Assembly: GCA_051294905.1 (NCBI GenBank)
Contig: CM119372.1
Coordinates: forward strand, 9,302,001 to 9,366,000
Source of the DNA: Botryllus schlosseri
Lineage: Eukaryota
DNA: 64,000 nt
Reading direction: 5' to 3'
Shown here: piece after piece, positions 1-12,261 of the stretch
Layout: each line of letters starts with the position of its first letter
Numbering within the stretch: the stretch's first letter is position 1
Notes under the pieces: model-generated
Told to the model about the DNA's origin: nothing
Seen by the model: the letters and a program-made list of their open reading frames with translations, nothing else
The model's database searches: none
Program-made: the position numbers and the translations under genes

Positions 1-569
1 AGGTGTATGGTCGTTTAGAGTTTATTTTTTTATGCTGCCAGTCCCAGGCATAGAGGGGCCCGTAATTGAAATGCAGTAAATTTCAACCAAAGATATTATA
101 TTGAAGTGAATATTGTAATATAAGAAAAAGGTTCACAGTGCAGAACCTACCAAGGTTCGTTTGTGAACGTGAACCTGTGAATTTCTGAGGTTCACACACA
201 GAACGCGAACGTGAACCTCACGTTCACACCATCCCTATTAGCAAGCTTCCCGATCAGCTATGATCTCCGCCTAAAATGCGTCCCGATTAGCATTCTCCCA
301 AATCAGCTAACTTTATGATCTCCGCCCTTCGAGGCTGTCACGTCGCGAGGAAATAATCTCAACTATGGTATACTCCTAGAGCGCTGGACCTAAAATTTCG
401 TTACTCGCTGTAGAATCGACTCCAACCAATACAATTGATACGCAACTTGTATACGAGTTCTCGAATCGTTGTGCGCAGACTGCGATGCCGTACCAGTGGG
501 TGCCAATTTCAGCAATTTAATCATGTGAAGTATTTGATTGTAGTTAGCCCGAACGGTGTAAATGCTTAC

Positions 570-681
570 CAGGCAGTCTACCAAGCTTTCCTTTCGGGAC
601 ACTGCGCGCCGCGATTACGTCAATCGTCAGGCATCTCAGCATATCATCATAGGAGAGCGATATTAAAAGATGAGGAGTCTC
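570..681 (-). CDS. Exon 8, start of C2B domain; gene continues beyond the window start
   Basis: Acceptor ctattacag|GAG; ETPHLLISLSYDDMLRCLTIDVIAARSVPKGKLGRLP is a synaptotagmin-type C2B start; donor G|GTAAGC. Confidence 0.8.
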
Positions 682-1441
682 CTGTAATAGAGTAATAGTA
701 ATATTGATTTATTATCATTATTTCAGGACACGGCGATCAATTTTCAGCAGATGTTACGTCGCGCCATTTCTATAATCACCTGGTTTAATGATTAACTATC
801 CTGTCGCCTCAAACCCAGACTCTGAATATTTTATGAGTAGAATCCGTTAGAGTTGACGGTAAGGAGCGGTGCTTGTGAGCCGGTCACTGGACCGTGACTC
901 TTGATTTATAATTTTAAGAACGCAGTGTTCCCGAGATTCCGTTGCCTCACACTAATGCACTATATATATGTTATGTCACTGGAATACATCTGCGGAGCCA
1001 CTATCATTCACGATCATATTGGGTATGTGGGATGACAGAGGGAATCATGCCGTGTAATGTTGCGATCGACATTGACTGGATCCCAGATGACAGTCGATCA
1101 TTTTTCTCCGACTTCGATGATCTGATGTGGTGGATTGGTTTGAGGTCTTTTTTATTCTATGACATCTATCCCGCATTCTCTGTACAGTACACTGACATAG
1201 AGGTGTAAATGTTTTCGGCTAACTTCCCAACGATACCTTAGTTAGACTGTTGCAGCTGCAAAACGAAAGCCCCTGACATATTACGATACGGGCCGCTTTG
1301 TAGTTGTTTAATAGCATGGTGTTTCGACAACTATATGGTCATTTTTCACAAGACCGATATTCTTTATTAGGATTGCTGAGCATCCGAAATATGGCAGAGA
1401 AAGGCGAAGAGTTGAATGGTATTTTTGGAATATCTTTAGAA

Positions 1442-2270
1442 CAGGGGTGTCAAACATACGGCCCGCGGGTGGCATCTGTACCGCCAAGCGATTTCATCCG
1501 GCCCGCGAAGCAATTCTGAGAAGATGGAAAACATTTTCAACAAATGTTGAGATTAAAACCATCCGACGGCAGTGTTGCAGTTTAACTCTAGTCACCATTC
1601 GAAACGAATCGGTAACATTTACACCAAGTTCTGAGGAGGAAAAAAAGTGCACACCGAGTTCATAGTTTGGTGAAAAATGGACCAATGCGCCGATGCGAAA
1701 TGACGATGCGAAACCATTATATGCAGGTTATATGGAGAATATAACAGTTCACGCGGGATCCGTGGTCGCACTGCTGTATAACTTTTCATTCAAAAATCCA
1801 CTGCCTAGAGAGAAGCCGAAATGGGGATTTAATAAGAATAAAGCACATTCCAACATCCGCGTTCACAATTAAATATTCTGTAGCCCATTCCTCACAGAGC
1901 ATATCGTCGCATACGCAGAGTTAACACCACATTACGACTAAAACAAAAGGAGCATATAGAAATATGTCAACTTACATAGTCGCTAGAACCACTAATTCTG
2001 CGGTTTATAACTATATTCAACCGCCCAAACATGATATATTTGGTATTATCGCCAATGTCATTGCTTGTGTTGCTACAATAGAGCTCGTATGATCCGTGAT
2101 AAAATGCAATGTGCGATTGTTATTGACACAGACTCGATAATTAGGACTATAGCGAAAAGAACGGGTATGGATTTGGAGGTAACAATTTGAATTCATTTGA
2201 CTGGTCTGGCCCGCGAGCTATCAAAAGGTTTGAATCCGGCCCGCGACGCAAGTTGAGTTTGACACCTCTG
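1442..2270. mobile_element. Non-autonomous hAT (Charlie/Buster-like) MITE
   Basis: TIRs CAGGGGTGTCAAAC...GTTTGACACCTCTG with subterminal GGCCCGCG motifs; no clean TSD. Confidence 0.75.
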
Positions 2271-2319
2271 GTAGAAGATCGTGGGAGCTTCGCCGATGGT
2301 GTCAGAGGTCCCTATTGAT

Positions 2320-2783
2320 CAGGGGCAAGTAACTTCTTCAGCATATGGGAAAATGACGTAGGCCTACTTGGCGGGCCGGATTCTTCACTCGATACATCAA
2401 TAGGGTATTCATCCACCTATACAAAGATCAAACGTATTTAATGCAATCTTTAAGTTTGAAGCATTGAGACTAAAACAGTATTTAACGAAATTATTTAGGC
2501 ATTGTACTTCAATTGCGGTGACGTCAATGAGACATGTGTGGTCGATCAAAGTTGTAAACACGTTCTTTGAACTCTGGCGGCATGTCGGACGTAGAAACCC
2601 TTAGTAGAGAATGCATACGTAAACGTCAGTTAGAATAGAACGCAGCTTTTTCTTGTTAATATTTCTGGTCGAAAATTCTAGCTCGCAAATGTGCGTAGAG
2701 ACCCGCGGGTCACATTTTCATGTACGACCAGAAACTGTTTGCGGGCCGCTCAAAATCCCGTCGCGGGATGTTGCGCGCCCCTG
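2320..2783. mobile_element. hAT MITE
   Basis: CAGGGGC...GCCCCTG ends; perfect 8-bp TSD CTATTGAT (2312-2319, 2784-2791). Confidence 0.85.
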
Positions 2784-3186
2784 CTATTGATGATACAAAG
2801 GAGTACATAACGCTTTATATATCGATTTGGAATTTTGCGGTGAAGTACTTAATACGCGTCTCCGCGTTTGTCTTGATTTTCGATTTCAAGTTATCTCAGA
2901 ACAATCGAATATGAATACACATGCCACTGATTAAAGCCAGATCAACATATTAACAAAAAAAGACGTGTGGACTGGACAGTGGACACTGGACAGCCACGTG
3001 CGCTTATATGTGGGATTCCTGGTACGATACGAGAGTAATTGCGGTATATATATCGAATGACGTCGTATCGAAAACGGAATAAAGATACGATAAGAACTAT
3101 ACATCTGTGGTCGATCATTTGTTGGGGCCGACGATATTATTAACCTGTAAGTATCCGTCACACGGAAAGAATATATTATACGTTAC

Positions 3187-3318
3187 CTCTTCTTCAATGG
3201 GTTTGAGCGACACCCAATATTCGTTCGGCTTGTCGAAACCAATGTCGAATAGAGGAAGTATACATTCCCCTATCACATCAGCATGGCGTATTCGGCTGAC
3301 CTTCTCTTTGCAACATAT
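3187..3318 (-). CDS. Exon 7, end of C2A domain
   Basis: Acceptor ccgcag|ATA; ICCKEKVSRIRHADVIGECILPLFDIGFDKPNEYWVSLKP is a typical C2 end; donor GAG|GTAACG. Confidence 0.8.
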
Positions 3319-3384
3319 CTGCGGGTGCGATACGCATAAATAAATGTTGGTAAGATATAGGTTACCGCCACACGCATCACACAC

Positions 3385-3516
3385 TTTCAAACACATTTGC
3401 TGTAAATCTTCTTCTTGGATGTTTTCGAACGCCGTTTGTTCTTGGATTTTGAAACACGGTTCATCCGGTTTGATAGTTTCACTGCGATAGCTGATCTCAT
3501 GCGGTAGCAAAGAAAC
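3385..3516 (-). CDS. Exon 6, C2A domain
   Basis: VSLLPHEISYRSETIK...FENIQEEDLQQMCLK; joins exon 5 to give the C2 motif YVKVSLLP; donor AAA|GTGTGT. Confidence 0.75.
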
Positions 3517-4384
3517 CTTGAAACGACATGAGAACATCTTTTCAACGCAATCTGAAACTGATACTATGCACCAGCCTGCACTATAGCGTATATGCGCGGT
3601 TGGTTTCTGAATTCATGTCATGGAGCAGTGGTTCTCAAGCTTTTTATTGTCAGAGCCACATTCGAGGTTTCGAGTCGACATTGTTATGATCAGAAGATAC
3701 GGAGCTTCCGGTGCTTGCAATCGCCGTTATCTAATTTTTCGCGTTTTGCAGAAAGAGCGTTTTGCAGAAAGAGCGTTTTTATGCGTCTTACCCTCAATAG
3801 ATTTTGTACCGATTATCACCGCAGTTCAGAGAAGACATTGGCGTTGCTATTTTCAAGTAAATCGAATATTTCATGGGGATGAAAACTATACGGTTCACTT
3901 ACAGGAAAATCACAGCTATCAAATTTGGTTCCTTTCCAATCGTTTTTAAATTGCTGTATTTCTCCTTAAATATAATATTAAGATACCTAAATCTAACACT
4001 GTGGGTTGCAACATTGCTGGCAGCGAACGAAACGAACAGTTATGAGCGAATTTGCAGATGTCCGTGTGACCGGTTCTTAAAGTGCAACATTGTTACATCA
4101 CAATAAATTTTAGGTTATCTGTCTACAGTGAACACATGTATCATAGGCGTATCAAATCAGGGTAGTATACCATCAGTCTCAGTCTATTTACGTCGATTTG
4201 TAATTTTGTTTGACTTTAAATAGTGGAAAGTTTTGCGATCGTAAACCGCAAATCACTTCTGAGCATAGTTAGGAGTTGCAGGAATCTTTGGTGCGAGCCA
4301 CATCCAACTTGAGAGATAATACACGTCAGGTACTATGGTAGTGGTCATTGTCATATCTCCACCTGTGTTCTATCAAAATCTCAC

Positions 4385-4659
4385 CTTAACGTAAAAGAAA
4401 TGTTTCTTATTGAAATCCTTCCCCTCCATCATGACGACATCGATGCGATGCTCCTCCGGCGAATATGTGACGCAAAGATGAATGGCAGGTGTTGCGGTTG
4501 TTGTAGTTCTTCTGTATAGATCTTGGTCCGAGTCGTTCAACGAAGGAGAAGAAATGGCTTCGTCTGCATCAGCGAATGACAGGGCGTTGGATGTTTTGAA
4601 TAATAGTCGATGCGTGATTAAGTAGATTGATGGGCTTTTCTCGGTGATTCGCGTGGTCC
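4385..4659 (-). CDS. Exon 5 of the C2CD4-like gene, start of C2A domain (5' boundary 4659 or 4563)
   Basis: Encodes PAIHLCVTYSPEEHRIDVVMMEGKDFNKKHFFYVK (C2 strands 1-3); donor AAG|GTGAGA. Confidence 0.7.
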
Positions 4660-4802
4660 CTATGTATTACTCTTGGGATTTAATGCTCGTAACTGTAAAT
4701 TTTTATGAGATGATTTGACTTGGAGAATATAGGAGAACCGGAGAACACAGCAGTAAATACGTCGTATCTTGAACATATAGTCATGTCGCATGGCATGTAC
4801 AT

Positions 4803-5455
4803 TAGGGCTCTTCAAAAATGACTTTTTTTCTCAAATCGTACTGGCTACTTGATAAAATTGTTAGGTTACCTAATTTAAGCCTACACACAAAATTTGGTTC
4901 AATTCCAGCCAGTAACCGCTTTGCTACAGGAGAAGTAAGTTTCTATTTATTATCTAAAAATAAATTTGAAAATTTTCTGTTCACCCCATGAAAGTGTTAG
5001 GCTGTCTATAGAAACGATGCTCACCAAATTTGGTTCAATTCCAACCAGTGGAAGCGGAGTTATCGGCGTCGAAAAATTTGGATTTGAATAAAATAGTATT
5101 TACGGTGAGCACAACTATAATAAATAAACAAAGAATCGGTCACCGTAAATACTATTTTATTCAAATCCAAATTTTTCGACGGCAATAACTCCGCTTCCAC
5201 TGGTTGGAATTGAACCAAATTTGGTGAGCATCGTTTCTATAGACAGCCTAACACTTTCATGGGGTGAACAGAAAATTTTCAAATTTTCCATTATTTATTT
5301 TTATATAATAATTAGAAACTTTCTTCTCCTGTAGCAAAGCGGTTACTGGCTGGAATTGAACCAAATTTTGTGTGTAGGCTTAAATTAGGTAGCCTAACAA
5401 TTTTATCAAGTAGCCAGTACGATTTGAGAAAAAAAGTCATTTTTGAAGAGCCCTA
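4803..5455. mobile_element. Near-perfect ~650-bp foldback MITE
   Basis: Arms of about 305-315 bp are reverse complements (TAGGGCTCTTCAAAAATG...CATTTTTGAAGAGCCCTA) around a ~30-bp loop; TA at both ends. Confidence 0.9.
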
Positions 5456-5928
5456 AGGTACATTGCACAATGCATGGAAAACAGTGTATTACAATTATAG
5501 CTTAATATGATAGGGTAAGTCAGGAGGAGTCAAGTTTGGGGATGGTGCGAACCCCTAAAGGTTCAGGTTCGTGTGAATGTGAAATTTTATGAAATGTGGT
5601 TCTTAGTGAATACGAACATATGACGTCACGTTATGCTTATAGCGGCAAAGACATATTTCGTTTACTTTCACACAATGCGAATGAAATGCTTTGCAATTTT
5701 TATGAGAGGATCAAAGGAACCGCTTCTCCAAATACAGTCATGTTCACAGCAATTCCAATTATGAGTTATACGCGACATAGAATACACTATACGCTAAAAT
5801 GCAACGGATTCGTATTTCGTACTGCTTGGTTGCGTATAACTAAATGCTGACATTAATCATAGGATCCCTTGCTGCTGATACCCTATATTCTACCAACCGC
5901 AATACCGTTATAGTAGCCTGCAACCTAC

Positions 5929-6025
5929 CCATTTCCGATGTGCCGACGGACCCCGCCTCGTCGCTGGATATGGAAGGCAATTTGAACTGTTTCTCCTTCA
6001 TTTTCACCAAATGTTCCGGTTGCGA
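5929..6025 (-). CDS. Exon 4 of the C2CD4-like gene
   Basis: Phase-0 acceptor cttatgcag|TCG, SQPEHLVKMKEKQFKLPSISSDEAGSVGTSEM, phase-1 donor G|GTAGGT. Confidence 0.55.
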
Positions 6026-8484
6026 CTGCATAAGAAATATGAGTTGGTTGTAATTCATATAGTAACAAGTGATAAGCAAACTATGGTTCAGTTGAGATAT
6101 TTATATAATACAGATATTAAATACATGTCGGTCCCCGGATCGGTCAGTAGTTTGAAATTTTAATATCAGACGATCGCTATAGTTACAGCGGCGAATTGAG
6201 AGCATACGATGATTAACGTCGGTGTAATGGCGGATTCACAAGTATGCAATATGCATGCACGCGAGGGTATGCGTACGGCACAGCGCCAAAACGTTACAAT
6301 ACAATCCATGGCTTTTGTCGATATCGGGAGTAGGCAACATTTTTTGCTCTGCGGACCGGTTTCAAAATGAATTTGGGTGTGAGTACAGGCAAAAATGCTC
6401 AACATTGAAAGAATTTATTACCACTCATACACTTATAAGGTCGTTTTTCAATGTGAGCCTAGCGGCTTGTTTTGTCGCGACTTGCCGCACCCACCTATAG
6501 AGGTGTTTCAAAAAAATAGTATGTTCCAAGTTCTAACCGATTTATCTAATTAAATGTGTTCACATTGCACGAATGACAATGCTGCAACGACGGGATAATC
6601 TTCGCTGTGTTGACGACTTCGTTCGAATTTACAGAACTAAGTTATAACTAGCGCAATTTTTTTACCTACAACACGGAAGATTTTCAACTAAAAAATCAAA
6701 ATTTTGACGTATGTTGACCTTATAAAACTTAATTTCGACCAAATTTTGACCTAACGTATATGCAGATTAGGTGTTTACCCACATAATGTAGAATTGTACT
6801 ACTTATCTTTATTTCTGGTTCGAACTGTCTATCCTTACGAAGTAGTTCGGCCCAAAAAAAATTTTGACTCAAAAACTGATAAAATTTTTCATGAAAAATG
6901 AAGAAGTCCAGTTGTTACATCACGTGTGATGGTAGAAATAATTAAAATCTGTTGTAGTACAATGAAAGATACTTTCCTACATTCTCGGGTAGAAAGTATC
7001 TGTCCATACTAAGTAGCTTGCCAAGAATGGAGAAAGAACGTTCAACAGTAGCAGTTATTGGATGACAACACTGAAGTTGTGCGTGCGTACACTGCTGATG
7101 ACACACCGTGTTGCTTCATTCTGACAATGGTGGTGTCTACATCACATTTTGTCATCATGCGCTTCTTGATATAAGAATCATGCAATGCCCACGCAGTCTT
7201 GCTTAAGTTAGGATTATGCGGTACGTTGAGCATAACACCATGTCAACCTATTTGTTTTATTTCAATATTTATGATTCACAATGAGCCGACAGGGCCGTCT
7301 ACAACGGTAGGCCTATAAAGTAGGCTATATAACAAGCTGTAAAATGTCAAATGATAAGTTCCCCGACAACGCAAAATCTACGATACAAACGAAATACAGG
7401 TTGTAAAATTTTTTTGACTTTGTTTACAATTTTGACCTAATTTTGACTTTTTTTGACATGTCAAAAAATTGTTACGACACAGCAGGAGATCGCTGCATAT
7501 CGCTTTCAAATAAATGCGCGACCTCGGTTCGGTGTCAAACCAGATTTCACAATCAAAATGTCCAAAGCGGAATCTGTTATGTAATGATATAATTTGCGAT
7601 GATTTAGTTGATTGTCAGTAACGACTGGCACAATGCTAATTGCTAATATTATGCCAACTCGGTTCTGTAGGGTTAGCACATACGCGGATTGTCTTGTTTT
7701 AATGTTCGCGCAAATGTATATGCGCGTATCAATTGCTCATTGCGGGTTTCTGCAGATCTCAATTTATTCCGTTCATTCAATATGATATCTACAAGCCCCC
7801 TGCTGAGATAGAACAAGAAATTCGCGAGTTTGTGCGATACAGTCTTTAATACCAGTAGCCCGGCTCAGGCTAACAATAGAAAAAGCATTCCTTAATAGGA
7901 TTGCGGTGCAGAAGTTACACTTGCTATTTTTGCGAAATGTCTAGGAATATGACGCTTCGTCATTACCACACTATCGAATAGAGAAAATAGTGGCATTGTC
8001 GCATTGTTCCGTTGAAGCGCCGATCGTGGATCTAATTATCGCTATCAAATGTTAAGGCTAGATTTTGAATTTGAAAAGGATGTGTATATTCGATCCTGGA
8101 AAAGGAGGCTTTCGGACATATGAGACATCCCCCGGGTACGCCACTGCCAGTATTACACATGTTTCGATTACAGAAATTAACTTGTATGTTTAAAATTTTT
8201 ATCAGTGATTCTGACCATTAGAATTCTGAACCGTCACTTAACTTGAAAATGTATAAAAACTTTCGCATACCAGCAACGAACTCTACGAGGAGAGGGGCCG
8301 GTCCGCTGATTACAGGTAGCGCACCACTATAAGTTAGACCATGAAATGCATGCGCAGAAAGTTAGTATGGGCTCATAATTAAATTCGGAGTTCGGAGAAT
8401 AAAATGTGTTAATAGAAATTTGAAGCAGAAATTCTGTGCCGAACATCGCTTCAGGTACACGCGCATGCGCAGTCGCGCACTCAC

Positions 8485-8602
8485 CTTGTACGACGCACCT
8501 CGTCCGGGCATTATCTCTGACGGCACCTGGGGAATGTACCCATAGCTGAAAATGCTGTCCTCCGGGAAGTCAGAGTTCCTTTCGCGTAAGGATTTGTTAC
8601 TG
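8485..8602 (-). CDS. Exon 3 of the C2CD4-like gene (tandem TAGCAG acceptor)
   Basis: Phase-2 acceptor ttttctag|CAG, open frame SNKSLRERNSDFPEDSIFSYGYIPQVPSEIMPGRGASYK, donor AAG|GTGAGT. Confidence 0.65.
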
Positions 8603-9102
8603 CTAGAAAATAATCGCATGCGGTGATGGCCAGTACCAAACGGATTTCGGGCACAGATCAGGAAAAATTAATTCGGTGACGAATTTGTTGCACAGAGAAG
8701 TCATCCGTTCATTGTCAAAAAGGCTTAACAAATGATATCATTCCTTTGGAAGGCTAGCGCAGGCAAGATATGTCAATAATCGAAGCAGACTCAAAACAGA
8801 AACTAGGGCCTACATTTAGTCGCAGTATACGAGCGTAAGGTATATGAGATATCAAACATGTTTGTATTTGTCATATACCCGGGTCGCTTTGCGGATTTGA
8901 ACATTTGTACATCACTTGATATTCATCATATAATATGGACCTCATGCGTGGGGCAATATCATCAACTGCTTCTATCAGTTTGACTGAATAAGCAAACCAT
9001 TAATCAAGGAGCTACGATACGGTATCATGTGCGGTTGATTAGGTAAACACTGCGCCATCCGACCGAATATTTAGCACTGAAAAGATGGAAATCCAATCTT
9101 AC

Positions 9103-9304
9103 CAATGGGTCGCGCCGTTTTTGCCAGTCAACAATTTGTTTTCGCCTTGCACGTGGAAGAGCGACTCTTTTCGTTTTGTGTTCGGGCTCTCGGTAAGCAG
9201 ATCGAAGCCATCTTTCCTTTCGACTAAATGTTGAAGGCTCATCCCAAGCCCTTCCACTTGGTCGCGGGCCATCGACGTGTGTGTCGGAGAACCACAGGTG
9301 ATCT
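9103..9304 (-). CDS. Exon 2 of the C2CD4-like gene
   Basis: Acceptor tctttctctgcag|AG, donor TG|GTAAGA. A frame not in the ORF track reads EITCGSP...GFDLLTESPNTKRKESLFHVQ, matching the C2CD4 motif ESPHTRRKESLFH; phases fit the neighbouring exons. Confidence 0.8.
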
Positions 9305-10523
9305 CTGCAGAGAAAGAATGATTCGGCTACAAGAATAAGTAGGCTACCGCATGTACTGTATGTACTGTATGTTGTCGCGTGGTTCCTGCATTCAAACATT
9401 CCTATGATCGTGACATTACACAATTTTATGATTTACAATGCCATGTCTTTGAAACAAACATATTCCGACGAATTCACTGTACATGTCATTACCATGTATC
9501 ACTTGAAATCTAATAGCGGCAAAAGGCATTATTTGACTGCAGCTTGTCACCACCGCTAAGCCAGTGTTCTGCCCTTGGAATATACGGTAGCACTTACGCA
9601 TTCGAAAAGGCGCAGTCAATTTTTATTTACGCGCAGGCAAACCCATTCTATGAATACATGACAGATGCTTGGCTAGAGTTGATTTTAATCATCAAATCAA
9701 TAAATAGTCGGAAGCTATTTTTGTCCCACAGCAAGGGAAAGCATGTAATGAATTTTGCCTGCCAGAAATTACCGGATTCAGACTTGGCGTCGCCTAGTTT
9801 GAACCACTATTACGCAGAAATTACCACTCCATTTCCGTGCTTAAGGAATTGCGATATCATATGCATAAATAAATTACAGTTTCTTCAGTCTAGGCACATC
9901 ATGACACGTAAAAACAACCGAAAAGTGCCAACCAAATCCCAAAACAGCACAACGTCCTTCTTTAGGACTCGACGTTAGACATAGACATGTCTGATAACAG
10001 ATGAAAATAATTTACTGTGTTACTCATAAACGTTTGTCTCGTGAGTCGCTTCTTTGGACGCATATAGCTGGTCGTCGGTTAACCGGGGAAACGCGCATCT
10101 CACCACATACTTGAACATTTCAATCGCAGATGATATATCTCCATAGCCTCGGTGTGACACATTATAAGATCACATATCAAAAAAGAATTGAATTTAATGA
10201 TTATGACATAACCATGGCCTACTAGTACTTTTAGTAGGCCATGCGTAAGAACATTGTAAATAACTAAAGATTTTATAAACAATGGCGCGAATATTACTCA
10301 GGATGTGGACAAATCGGCCATCATTTTTATGAATTCAAAGGAATCCCTTTGAAGTTCACAGTGTACTTCTGCGGCAACAGTAGGTCAGTATATTACCAAT
10401 ATATTGCTGCGGCGAGACACTTCCAAATATAACACCACTAGGAAAATGGCAGTCTTCTGTTCGCACCAAGACTATACAATAATACATATGAAGAGCTTCT
10501 TGGAGGTACAGAACTTCAATATA

Positions 10524-10713
10524 CAATTGAATAGTATATTCATATTGAAATGAACCCGAATATTTTCGGCTGACACTCGTCAGGGGTAATCGTCAGCAAC
10601 TAGTAGAGAATTGGAAAGAACATTGTATATCAACAATCGTATCACAAAATATGTGATACGATTGTTGATATACAATGTTCTTTCCAATTCTCTATGAATA
10701 TACTATTCAATTG
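10524..10713 (-). mobile_element. Penelope-like pLTR fragment with inverted partial copy
   Basis: ~115-bp unit also present inverted at 15646-15770; 43-bp perfect hairpin arms spanning 10604-10694; contains a minimal hammerhead core. Confidence 0.55.
10554..10587 (-). ncRNA. Candidate minimal type I hammerhead ribozyme
   Basis: Minus strand reads ACCC-CUGACGA-GUGUCAGCC-GAAA-AUAU-UC-GGGU: complete core, 4-bp helix I, palindromic AAUAUU helix III; helix II is weak. Confidence 0.5.
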
Positions 10714-11843
10714 AATAATACATATCATTATCCAGCTATACATTTGAATTCCAAGAAAGTAGAGAAAAATAGTATGGTCCGCATCATGCGGGCAAGCTAA
10801 AACGCGTGGACTGGAATCTTATACCAGCGTGTGTTCGATGACTCGGATGTTATCTTTTGATATCATTTATATATTTTGTTCTGCATGGTGCGGGTCAATA
10901 TTATTCGGTTGTTTGAAATAATGGGATGTATGCCTAGTGCTGACGCATGAAATGGCCAATTGTTTTGAGAATAATTCGACACAAAGGCTGAATTACCATA
11001 AATATCCGTCGACACCTCGCTATGGTTTCCCAAGGACAATCGCTGATGGTAATCGAGCGATAACGTCGCGAAACGAACTGCCACAATGTTATTGGATAGG
11101 CAAATTACAGAAAGCTGATAATAGGAAATTGAACTGCCATATGGATGATGGAAAATTGGGAGCAGCGAAAAATAGAGGGTAAAATGCGAATTAATTCAGA
11201 GCGAGAAAGGGGGTTCGCGCGAATCATTGCAAGACTCCCATTTTTGCAAGTATAATAGATTTCCTGAAAACGATACCTGGAAATTCGGCCGGGTTAATTC
11301 GATCACGCTATATCGCGCACCATATTCGAAGAAGTCACGAAGAGTTTTGCCCAAATTTACTTTTCATCAATGCATCCATGGCGGATAACGCTGGTTGCGC
11401 GGAAAAAGAATGAAAACGCAGGTAGGCTATACGTATCGCTCAATTCGCAAAATGCTTACTGCTAAAACGAGCAGAGGGAGCGCACTTGCTAATATATTTG
11501 TAACGGTTCGATAAGTGTAACCTCACAACTACGACAACACCGGTGCAATATAGGAATTAATCCCTGGGGAAGCACTCGGTTACAGAAAAACAATAATCGA
11601 AGATCTAACATCTTGTTGATACCGATCTCATCCGGTGGCCGTATTCAAAATTAATAAATATTATTCGCGCAAGCGGCGATATCAAATTTAAACTAAATGC
11701 AGTCGTAAGCACATAAGGTGCTGGGCTCAAAAGGCATATCCTGGAGACATGAGAATTCGTACGAGAAAAATAGCATCAATAATTAAATCCAGCTCTGTAC
11801 AACGATACGAAATCGTTCGCGAACGTAAATAAAACAGACGTAC

Positions 11844-12261
11844 CGACAACCTGCGGTATTGGATGCGGTACGGGTACAGGCGACGCCGGCCTCGAATCCG
11901 GCTTCATTCTCAGCCATTTACTTCTGAAACTCCAAGACGACGGAGACCCGTTCGGTGTTCTAAACGAAGGAGATTCACTCCTGCCAGGTATCACGATGCC
12001 ACGATCGCTTCTATTTCCGTTCCACGTAGTCTCTTTGTCGTCTACTGGCCAGCAGTCGCGTTTCTGATCTTCCGATGGCGTTAAACTGGTTTCCGGTAGT
12101 GCATGGCTTCGCATTTGGGGAACGGTGAATTTAACGATGCTCTGCGGGGTGACTAGGTTGTTCATGGCGTCTTTGTGGGAGGGACCGTGACTGCCGTGTT
12201 GCTGCTCCGGCCGCCGGAAAAGGCCCGATGCGCTTTCTCGCAAAGTTTGGAAGGCCCACAT
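11844..12261 (-). CDS. First coding exon of a C2CD4-like / tandem-C2-domain protein
   Basis: ATG at 12261; MWAFQTLRES...NNLVTPQSIVKFTVP resembles, from recall, the C2CD4C N-terminus (MWFLERLRGS...NVLTPDKIPDFFIP); phase-1 donor G|GTACGT at 11844/11843. Confidence 0.75.

Noticed and set aside
1000..1160. Possible extra linker exon of the C2 gene (NKKDLKPIHHIRSS...)
   Set aside because: No convincing donor; exons 7 and 8 already join in phase with a normal short linker.
9025..9423. 132-aa ORF as a protein
   Set aside because: The conserved ESPNTKRKESLFH motif and splice phases point to a different frame on the same strand.
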